Assembly (NCBI GenBank): GCA_965153355.1
Contig: OZ231126.1
Span: forward strand, 31,682,001 to 31,746,000
Reading direction: 5' to 3'
DNA length: 64,000 nucleotides
Origin: Flaccisagitta enflata
Taxonomy: Eukaryota
Shown here one piece after another: positions 38,445 through 48,969 of the stretch (position 1 is its first letter; every line of letters starts with the position of its first letter). The notes below the pieces were generated by a model. The model worked only from the letters and a program-made list of their open reading frames with translations, was not told where the DNA came from and did no database searches. Position numbers and translations under genes: made by a program.

Positions 38445-39619
38445 TATGTGAGGTTCATTTCGTTTTTTAAATATAATCGCCCATACAAAAGATGCCGTCG
38501 TTGAAGAAACAGAACATAACAGATCAGCAATCAATATTCATATTGCAGTATTATTGCACACAAAAAAACTTTTACATTCATTTTTCATTCATTTTCACAT
38601 TTATCTATGTTTTTTTTTTTTGCTCTTTCTCACTGAATAGATACAAATTATGCATTCGAATGTTCTGCCCAAAATCTATGGAAGCTTTTTCGCCCCGTGC
38701 TGCGCGACTCAACACCCCGCTTTGTCCGTCCGTCCATTGGTCGATCGGTCTGTCGGTTGGTTGGCCCATCACATTTTACTTTTTTTATGATTTTTTTCTT
38801 TGACCTTACTGCTCCTGCCCAAATGGTCTAGTGACCCCAAATATGGCCCCTGCCCACCCAGACGCGACTGGGGTAGCCATGAATCCGGCCTTGTTTTATC
38901 ACTCCTCTGCCCACCTGCACGCGACTTGGGTAGCCGTGTATCCGGCCTTGTCTTTTTGAGCCTCCATGCCGAGGAAATAAATATCGCGGAAAAGTGTCAA
39001 TGAAGGAAATGTAGGCGGGAGAAGGGAAAAACCTATTGAGGAAGTAAATTCATGTATAACTCTGGGAAAATCCTGGAGGCTAAATTTAATTAAGTAATGT
39101 CATTGCCGCTACCATGCCAATGGAACAAACAACGTGGGCAAGTGTCGAGGACAAAAAAAAGGGGAAAACCCACAAAGAGAAGAACCAGGCCAGATGTCCA
39201 GTAGATTCTTCCACTTTAGTGTTTAGTTATAAGATATTACACAGTTACAGGCAATCTCTCGATAATTCTCCCAATGAGAAAAATCCTTTATTATATTTCT
39301 TTTCATAAAACGGTAAAGCGATTTATGAATATGTACCATCTCCCTGCCCCCAAGGCCCCAACCCTCTACCCCCTACCCCACTTGCCCCCAACACCCCGCT
39401 CCTGACTAAGTGAATTTCAACCCTCTGGTCGTCGGTTGGTCGGTTTGTCCAGTTGCCTCATCAAAAAAAACAAACATGAGAATGGCATATCGAGTTGCCT
39501 TCAAGAGAATTTTAGGTTTCAGTACTTTGATTTAAAGGGTGTGGTTCATATTCAATAATCAGTCCTCATCCTAACATCTTATTCCATCTTTATCTTGTAA
39601 GAGGCAGGATATGGTTAAA

Positions 39620-40209
39620 CAGGGTGTTTCATGCCAAATTAGATACAAGAAAACAATATCATTCTGCTTCTAAAAATGCAAAAATAATTTTGAAAAAAGA
39701 TTCAAAGAGCACTTTAGCTCTGATTTTTTGCGTAAAAATTTCATGGGTTTGGGTCAAATATCTTGGCCACAACATCAATTTGAAGTAAAATGAGCATTTA
39801 AAGCAGAAGCTCTTTTCACATAATTTTGATTTTGAAAGGTTTTTTTTTTTAAGTGCTCTCATTTCTAAACGGCTTGAGCCGCAGATGCCAAATTGGTCTC
39901 AAATGAAAGAAAATTCAATAAGCTTTAATCTGAGACCAATCTGGTATCTGTAACTAACATCGTTTTGAAATGAGAGCACTTAAAAGAAGAACTTTTAAAT
40001 CAAAATTATGTCAAAAGAGCTTTCCTTTTAATTGCTCATTTTACTTCAAATTGATATTGTGGCCAAAATATTTGACCCACACCCATGAAATGTTTACACA
40101 AAAAATCGGAGCTTAAGTGCCCTTTAAAACTTTTTTCAGAACTATTTTTGCATTTTTAGAAACAGAATGGCATCGTTTTCTTATATCTATTTTGGCATGA
40201 AACACCATG
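39620..40209. mobile_element. Fully palindromic MITE
   Basis: CAGGGTGTTTCATGCCAAA versus TTTGGCATGAAACACCATG; the arms are complementary to the centre at about 39916. Confidence 0.85.
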
Positions 40210-40590
40210 TAGCTCATGGCGGGACTGATATGAGCCATGAGCAGTGATCGTTATATGCGTTATTGGATTAGTCATAGATTATCATTGTTGTCACTGTTCA
40301 CCGATTGCTATTCATTGCCCTCTGATGCTATCAATGCTATTTGGTTATACATTCGATATCTCTTTGTTCCATAGTTGATAGCAGATTCAGGGGTATTTAG
40401 CCGCTCGCTTAGCTCATTAGCTATCATCGATATTCTCCAATCGTCTGTTCTACTTTCAGATAGCTGCTCACTTAGGAAGCTCATTCATTCGTTAGCTAAC
40501 TCTATCTCTGGCGAGCCTATCCCAGACCACAATAAGGACATCTCTCTTTGGGTCTACGGAGAAGCCTGGACGTCTCTGGAAGGTAGGCAG

Positions 40591-41538
40591 CATCGGATTG
40601 CGTAGAAAATTCGGAAACCCGTTTTTTGTCACGTTTTGCTATTCCCCAATAGCATCAAAGACACTATAGTTACGATTTTTGCATATAACGACTTCATTTC
40701 TGGTCGTTACGGTCTTTTTAAAGCTATATAAAGCTATCAAAAGCTATTAGAAGCTATTTACAAATATTTGAAGCTATTCAAAGCTAGTTACTAAACATAA
40801 AATGAAATATATGTATGTGTCTGTCTGTCTTTCTGTCTGTCTGTCTGTCTGTCTCACTGTATCTCTGTAATTATCTCTCTATGAGAGACAATTTCAAGTT
40901 AAGCATGTCAGAGAATGATTGATCATTTTCTAACTTTGGTCATTTTCTATCAAAACATTCTTGATAAAAGGAATATAAAAATGCTCATATGTAACTGTTT
41001 TAAAGAATTTAGAATTAAAGTATATGAAACTAGAATTTAAATATGAAACCTTAAATATCAAAGGTTAATAAAAGAGGAAAAAGAAAAACTGTATACCAAA
41101 AATTAAAAGTGGAAAAAATAAAAAGAAAAAAAGTCAAAAGAGAAAAAAAAATAAAAAAATTAAAAAACAAGAAAATAAAAAAGAATAAAAATTTCAACAA
41201 TGAAATATAAAAAATGGAAAAATTAAAATGAAAAATAAAAAGTGAAAAATGAAAAATAAAAAGAAGATAAAAGATAAAAAATAAAAAATGAAAAGTGAAA
41301 AGTAAAAAAAATCATTATTAATGATGAATTTAATATATAATATTTTTTATCTTGGTTTTTTTTTTCAAATGATCACAAAAAATCCATAATGAGTTAAAAA
41401 GATGGATAAAAAAAAATGACAGCAATGACAGCAGTAATAACGCCTCAAATAACGCTATATAGACTCCAAAATGGCGTTACGTTACCATGGCGAATACCGG
41501 AAATGGCGTTACTACAGAAGTCGTTATGCAATGGGTTG
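40591..41538. mobile_element. hAT-like non-autonomous element inserted in the LTR
   Basis: 8-bp TSD GTAGGCAG (40583-40590, 41539-41546); imperfect TIR CATCGGATTGCGTA / TATGCAATGGGTTG. Confidence 0.7.
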
Positions 41539-41585
41539 GTAGGCAGCTTGCAAGATCTGGCCGCCTACAACTGCCACTGTACAAC

Positions 41586-41650
41586 TGGTGCATCGGCCGG
41601 AAATCGAACCCAGGCTGCCCGCGTGGCAGGCGAGCATTCTACCACTGAAC
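41586..41650 (-). pseudogene. Processed, 5'-truncated tRNA-Gly(GCC) copy with encoded CCA (extended primer-binding site)
   Basis: The minus strand reads GTTCAGTGGTAGAATGCTCGCCTGCCACGCGGGCAGCCTGGGTTCGATTTCCGGCCGATGCACCA, i.e. eukaryotic tRNA-Gly(GCC) from position 10 to CCA. The 5' acceptor strand is absent. Confidence 0.9.
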
Positions 41651-42311
41651 GTCAAGCGTGCGGTCGATCTTTTCGAGGATCCTGCAGTCGTCAAGAGTGA
41701 GTACTTCTTCCGCTACCGCGCCCCCCTCCCGAAGAAATACCGAAAGGCGATCGATTTGGGATGCGAAGAAGATGCTCGCACCATCGAAAATGCTAAGAAG
41801 TGCGCGCTTCGACTTCAGCTCTCCGAGGCCGACGATGATGACGACGCATCCTCCAAGAACGTGGCTTTTTCGGGTGCCGCGATGGCTGATAACACTGGCA
41901 ATGATCGTGTTAAAGCACTCGAAATGGGTTTCTAAGAACTAAGTCTGCACATGGGAAATCTTTCTGAGTCCATGCAGAAACTCCAAAGAGACGACCGTCC
42001 GGCCAGTCGTGGGCCGGACCGTCGTGAGGACTCTAAATCCAGCCGTCGCGGGGACTACAGCCGGGAGAGAGATATTCCCCGCCATGACAGTCGAGACCGC
42101 AGCCGCCGCGATGACTATGACCGCCGCCGCAATGAATCCCGTGGGTATGGGACCGCAACTGTTACGACCGTAGCAGTAGTAGATACGACAGCCGCGATCG
42201 TCACGGTAGTAGGTACGACAGCCGCGATCGTCGCAGTAGATACGACAGCCGCAACCGTCGCGACAGTGTTAGTCACAGCAGCCGCGACCGCCGCGACAGC
42301 CGGGATCGCCG
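41651..42311 (+). pseudogene. Decayed gag-like coding region (Arg/Asp/Ser-rich C-terminus), probably Ty3/gypsy-type
   Basis: ORFs 41588-41935 and 41951-42394 share a frame across one TAA; a frameshift near 42150 continues RYDSRDR repeats; GC-rich and directly after the LTR and primer site. The family assignment is inference. Confidence 0.5.
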
Positions 42312-44890
42312 CACCGTGGCTAAAAACCAGCCCCGACGCAGACCGGGGACCAACCAACCCCTCAACCAACCTAAGACGCCAACACCGTGGCTAAAATCCA
42401 CCCCCGACGCAGACCGGGGACCAACCAACCCCTCAACCAACCTAAAACACCATCACCGTGGCTAAAAACCACCCCCGACGCAGACCGGGGACCAACCAAC
42501 CCCTCAACCAACCTAAAACACCATCACCGTGGCTAAAAACCACCCCCGACGCAGACCGGGGACCAACCAACCCCTCAACCAACCTAAAACACCATCATTG
42601 TGGCTAAAAACCACCCCCGACGCAGACCGGGGACCAACCAACCCCTCAACCAACCTAAAACACCATCATCGTGGCTAAAAACCACCCGCGCGGACCGGGG
42701 ACCAGCCAACCCCTCAACCAACCTAAACACCATCACCGTGGCTAAAAACCACCGCGCGCAGCCGGACCAGCCAACCCTCAACCAACCTAAAACACCATCA
42801 CCGTGGCTAAAAACCACCGGCGCGGGCCGGGGACCAGCCAACCCCTCAACCAACCTGAAACACCATCACCGTGGCTAAAAACCACCCCGCGACCAGGGAC
42901 CAGCAGCCCCTCAACCAACCTAAAACACCATCACCGTGGCTAAAAACCACCCCGACGCAGACCGGGGACCAGCCAACCCCTCAACAGCCTAAAACACCAT
43001 CACCGGCTAAAACCACCGACGCAGACCGGGGACCAGCCAACCCTCAGCAACCTGAAACACCATCACCGTGGCTAAAAACCACCCCCTGCAGACCGGGGAC
43101 CAACCAACCCCTCAACCAGCCTAAAACACCATCACCGTGGCTAAAAACCACCCCCGACGCAGACCGGGGACCAACCAACCCCTCAACCAACCTAAAACAC
43201 CATCACCGTGGCTAAAAACCACCCCGGCGCGGACCGGGGACCAGCCAACCCCTCAACCAGCCTAAAACACCATCACGTGGCTAAAGCCACCCCGGCAGAC
43301 CGGGGACCAACCCTCCGCCAACCTAAAAACACACCATCGTGGCTAAAAACCACCCCGACGCAGACCAGGACCAGCCAGCCCTCAACCAACCTAAACCACC
43401 ATCACCGTGGCTAAAACCACCCCCGACGCAGACCTGGGACCAACCAGCCCCTCAACCAACCTAAAACACCATCACCGTGGCTACAAAAACCACACCGGCG
43501 CAGACGGGGACCAACCAACCCCTCAGCCACCTAAACACCATCACCGTGGCTAAAAACCACCCCGGCGCGAACCAGGACCAACCAACCCTCAACCAACCTA
43601 AAACACCATCACCGTGTTAAAAACACCCACGCTGCAGACCAGGACCAGCAGCCTCAACCAGCCTGAAACACCATCACCGTGGCCTAAAAAACACACCCCG
43701 GCGCGGGCCGGGGACCAAGCAACCCCTCAACCAGCCTAAAACACCATCACCGTGGCTAAAGACCACCCGGCGCGGACCGGGGACCAGCCAGCCCCTCAGC
43801 CAACCTGAAACACCATCACCGTGGCTAAAACCACCCCCGCGGACCGGGGACCAACCAGCCCCTCAGCCAGCCTAAAACACCATCACCGTGGCTAAGAACC
43901 ACCCGGCAGACAGGGGACCAGCAACCCCTCAACAACCTACAACACCATCACCGTGGCTAAAAACCACCCGACGCAGACCTGGGACCAACCAACCCCTCAA
44001 CCAACCTAAAACACCATCACCGTGGCTAAAAACCACCACGGCGCGGTGGGATGGCAACAACCCCTCAGCACCTAAAACCACCACCCCGGCAGCAGACTGG
44101 GACCAACCAACCCCTCAACCAGCCTAAAACACCATCACCGTGGCTAAAACCACCCCGCGGGCCGGGGACCAGCCAACCCCTCAACCAACCTAAAACACCA
44201 TCACTGTGGCTAAAACCACCTCCGGCGCGGCCAGGACCAGCCAACCCCTCAACCAACCTAAAACACCATCACCGTGGCTAAAAAACCACCGGCGCAGACG
44301 GGGACCAACAAACCCCAACCAACCCTCAACCAGCCTAAAAACACCATCACCGTTGGCTAAAACCACCCCAGCGCAGACCAGGGACCAGCAACCTCAACCA
44401 ACCTAAAAACACCATCACCGTGGCTAAAAACCACCCCCGACGCAGACCGGGGACCAACCAACCCCTCAACCAACCTAAAACACCATCACCGTGGCTAAAA
44501 ACCACCCCCGACGCAGACCGGGGACCAACCAACCCCTCAACCAACCTAAAACACCATCACCGTGGCTAAAAACCACCCCCGACGACGCCAACCAACCAAC
44601 CCCTCAACCAACCTAAAACACCATCACCGTGGCTAAAAACCACCCCCGACGCAGACTGGGGACCAACCAACCCCTCAACCAACCTAAAACACCATCACCG
44701 TGGCTAAAAACCACCCTCGACGCAGACCGGGGACTAACCAACCCCTCAACCATCCTAAAACACCATCACCGTGGCTAAAAACCACCCCCGCCGCAGACTG
44801 GGGACCAACCAACCCCTCAACCAACCTAAAACACCATCACCGTGGCTAATAACCACCCCCGACGCAGACCGGGGATCAACCATCCTACAC
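42312..44890 (+). repeat. 71-bp tandem satellite, about 36 copies
   Basis: Unit CACCGTGGCTAAAAACCACCCCCGACGCAGACCGGGGACCAACCAACCCCTCAACCAACCTAAAACACCAT. Confidence 0.95.
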
Positions 44891-45427
44891 CTAGGTATCT
44901 CGTCCATTTCATTTGGTGACAGATTGCTGGTCAACGTCCCTCCCACGTCCGCGGTTGACTTATGGATAAATTATTTTACCTGATCACAATCCTATTATGA
45001 CATGATCGATATTTTGAGTCAAAACAATCAGTAATTAAATTGTCATTTGCTGTCTTAATTTGTCTCCTTCATTAAGCAGTCTCAACTATTTATTGTGAGC
45101 TGACTACAATCACTCCAGATGATTTTTTGTTTTTTTTATCATTGTGTTACGATCATATAGCAGTATGCAAATGGTTTTAAATTTGTTGCCTTGTTGTACA
45201 TGTTTCGTTGCCTCCGTTTATGTCCCTCTCTCTTTTTGGGCTGCGGCCCCAGAGGTGCCGATGACCTATGATTCCACATAGGGCAATTTTCTCCGGTTTT
45301 CGTTTTCCGTCTGTTGCCCCCCCCCTCCCCAAAGCCTCAAAGCCTCTCAGACCCCAAAATCAGACGCAACACTGCGCGGCGACGAACAAAACTTTGGTGA
45401 CGAATATTCCATTATCGCCCCTGAATT

Positions 45428-46592
45428 AAAAAAGCTTAAAAACAACAGTCCTCGACTGTAGTCTATTTGGTGTCCGACCCGGCTACTCAGTCTGATCGGC
45501 TACTCAGTCTGACCCGGCTACTCAGTCTGACCCGGCTACTCAGTCTGACCCGGCTACTCAGTCTGACCCGGCTACTCAGTCTGACCCGGCTACTCAGTCT
45601 GACCCGGCTACTCAGTCTGACCCAGACCCATGATGGCATACCTTGAAGTTCATGGTGGCATACCTTGAAGTTCATGGTGGCATACCTTGAAGTTCATGGT
45701 GGCATACCTTGCAGCCTATGATGGCATACCTTGCAGCCTATGATGGCATACCTTGAAGCCCATGATGGCATTCCTTGAAGTCCATGAAAGCATACCTTAA
45801 AATCCAACAATAAAAAAGATAACAAAAAATTTTCAAATTTTTCAAAAAAAAATAAAAAATTTAAAGAAAAAAAAATAAATAATTTAAAAAAAAAAAATTT
45901 TTTTTTTAAATTTTTCAAAAAATTTTTCAAAAAAAAAAAATTCCAAAAATAAAAAAAATTTTTTTCAAAAAATTTTTCAGAAAAAAATTTTCAAAAAAAA
46001 AAAATTCTTAAGTCCAAGAAATAATGTTACTAGATACATCATAAATACCCTTATATTTTCTTAACCAATACTCAGAATTTACTGAAATCTCGCAGGGGAG
46101 CTTTAATTGATGCAGTGAACCTTGACAACAAGTTTGAACAACATTGGTGAACCTTTACTACCATTCCCCTATGTAAATTGCACAAGTCTAGGAATTAATA
46201 TTACTAGCAAAATACCCTTATATCTTCTAAACAAATACTCAGAATTATCTGAAATCTTGCAGGGGAGCTTTAATTGATGCAATAAACCTTCACAACAAGT
46301 TTGAACAACATTGGTGAACCTTTACTACCCTTCCCCTATGTAAATTGCACAAGTCCAGGAATTAATATTACTACAAAAATAATAGGCAAAGGGTATGAAA
46401 TATTTATGAATGTTGTTGAAAGTTGGTACACAGGTTAGTAATACCCTCAAAATAACACTGACCAAGTTTCATCAACATCTGAGTTGTGGTTCTCAAGTTT
46501 TTAAGGGTTGACACAAACGACGACAAACAACGACTCACTACACAATGGCTATGTTATAGTCCTCGACGTAAACTGATTGTCGAGGACAAAAA
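45428..46592 (+). mobile_element. Helentron-like non-autonomous element with internal minisatellites, copy 1
   Basis: 5' GTCCTCGAC; 3' hairpin GTCCTCGAC-GTAAACTGATT-GTCGAGGAC then AAAAA; 18-bp (GACCCGGCTACTCAGTCT) and 21-bp (CATGATGGCATACCTTGAAGT) arrays; internal duplication of about 170 bp; second copy at 50388-51852. Confidence 0.75.
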
Positions 46593-46628
46593 TGACGCCA
46601 TGAATGAAACTATCAGCGACATGGAAGA

Positions 46629-46645
46629 CGGCGAGCCATACTTGT

Positions 46646-46725
<80 letters not shown>

Positions 46726-47028
46726 CTCTGGCTATCTTGCTCTTGCTCTCGCTATCTCGCTATCTCGCTATCTCGCTCTTTCGCTCTCTTTCTCTTTCTC
46801 TCTCTCCCTCTCTCTTTTGCTCTCTTTCTCTTTCTCTCTCGCTATCCTGCTTTGCTCTCGCTATCGCTATTGCTCTCTCGCTCTATCTCGTTCTCTCTCC
46901 CATTCTCTCTCGTTCTCGTTCTCTCGTTCTCTCTCTCTCCCGCTCTCTCGTTCTCTCTCTCTCCCTCATTCTCTTGCCCTCATTCTCTCTTTCTCTCTTG
47001 CCCTCTTTCTCTCTCTCTCTCGCTTTCC

Positions 47029-47122
<94 letters not shown>

Positions 47123-47403
47123 CTCTTGCTATCTTGCTCTTGCTATCTCGCTCTTTCACTCTCTTTCTCTTTCTCTCTCTCCCTCTCTCTTTTGCTCTCT
47201 TTCTCTTTCTCTAACGCTCTCGCTATCCTGCTTTGCTCTCGCTATCGCTATTGCTCTCGCTATCGCTATTGCTCTCTCGCTCTATCTCGTTCTCTCTCCC
47301 ATTCTCTCTCTCATTCTCGTTCTCTCTCTCTCTCCCGCTCTCTCGTTCTCTCTCTCTCTCTCATTCTCTTGCCCTCTTTCTCTCTCTCTCGCTTTCCCGC
47401 TCT

Positions 47404-47478
<75 letters not shown>

Positions 47479-47757
47479 CTATCTTGCTCTCGCTATCTCG
47501 CTCTTTCACTCTCTTTCTCTTTCTCTCTCTCCCTCTCTCTTTTGCTCTCTTTCTCTTTCTCTCTCGCTATCCTGCTTTGCTCTCGCTATCACTATTGCTC
47601 TCTCGCTCTATCTCGTTCTCTCTCCCATTCTCTCTCTCTCTCCCGCTCTCTCATTCTCTCTGTCTCTCTTTCTCTCGCTTTCCCGCTCTCTTTCGCTCTC
47701 TCTCTCCCTCTCGCTTTCCCGCTCTCTCTCTCTCCCTCTCCCTCTCTCTCTTCTCTC
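46629..47757. repeat. Compound (CT)n-derived block with a higher-order triplication
   Basis: Three (CT)n runs, each followed by the same CTTGCTATCTTGCTCTCGCTATCTCG...-type degenerate unit of about 350-400 bp. Confidence 0.85.
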
Positions 47758-48969
47758 TGTTCAAGAGTGACGCGGTAAACGTAATTGTCAATACGATTCT
47801 ACCTGCGAGTACCAAACGCTTCGGCATTGTCACGTGCGCGGTGAATCGCCTATTCGTCAGTTCATCCTCTTGCGTATTCTCTTATACTTCTGTCGCCTTC
47901 TCAAAATCTATGAAAGCGACACGTACAACTATTTCTCGTTCTTGGCCCACGCGCGCATCATACACGACATTTGTCTCTGCCTAAAACTGAAGACGCAGGA
48001 GTTAAGAGAAATAAAAAAAGACATAAAAAATTCCATTCATCTGCCTCCGCCTTCTACTCCTCCTGCTGCTGCTCCTCTTCTTCCCTATCCAGCGTTCCTG
48101 ATGACGTCATCAACCCGATTCCCGAAGCCTCCTGTCAACCCGCATCCCTTCCTCATCCTTGAAACAATGAAAAAGCAATAAACGTAATCTATGCGTCGTG
48201 GGAATTCTTTAGAGGGGTTGAAGTTGACTATGCTCCAAGCCAAACGGGCGTAATGTCCATTTCTCTCCAGACCGGAAGTCAGCGACTTCCGCGCGCGCCT
48301 CTCTTTCCTCCGTCGAAAAGGAGATTCCTCCTCGACTGCCTCGATTTCCTCCCTCGATTTCCTCCCTCGACTGCTCGAATGGACGCCATCTTGTATCTCG
48401 ACGTCAAGAGGATCTTCTCCACTCCTCTGGGATCCGGATAGTCGACTGCGCGCGCTCGATGTCTTCTTTAACCTGAATGGTGGGGAATGTGCGGAATGTC
48501 ACAATCCTCGTCTTCTCCCAGATCGATACGACGGCGACGGTTACAAATAAAACAAAAGACGCTCGACACTCGTACATTATTCATCGCCCGTCAGCCTCAA
48601 TCCCCCTCCTCATCATCGTTGTCCAGTTGAGAGCGATGGTCGTCGTCACAAAAGAAGACAAGGCTAGGCAGGAGGGCCTGTCGTCGGTGGAAAATCGCCG
48701 TCTATAAAGGGTTAGATTCTTAACATACTTCTGTGTTATAGTACTAAACTATACCTCTCAATTATGCATCTGAGACTATCTCTACCCTGAATAGCTGGCG
48801 TTGTCACCGTTCTTTCTTCGTCTGTCTGCCGCCTTTTCTTCTTATAATCCTTATCCAGCGTTCCTGAATCTAACATGTCATCAATTCCTCGATCCTTTGA
48901 GCCTCCCGTCAACCCGCATCCCTTCCTCATCATCCTCGTCAGAACCGGATCGGTGATCATCCTCCTGCT

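Larger units (their letters stand above)
39010..41569 (+). mobile_element. Probable 5' LTR of an LTR retrotransposon, interrupted by MITEs
   Basis: Perfect 9-bp terminal inverted repeat TGTAGGCGG (39010) / CCGCCTACA (41561-41569), followed by tRNA-complementary sequence and a gag-like frame. No second LTR is seen in the window. Confidence 0.55.

Noticed and set aside
41586-41650. Functional tRNA-Gly gene
   Set aside because: Lacks positions 1-9 (acceptor stem 5' strand), encodes CCA, has T-stem substitutions and no downstream T-run terminator.
42312-44890. Possible CRISPR array or coding repeat
   Set aside because: Head-to-tail 71-bp units with no unique spacers; the length is not a multiple of 3; eukaryotic context with no cas genes.
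46604-47984. Long ORFs of 388 and 415 aa
   Set aside because: Translations of (CT)n-derived repeats. The same applies to the poly-S/L/C/RE/KE ORFs elsewhere in the ORF track.
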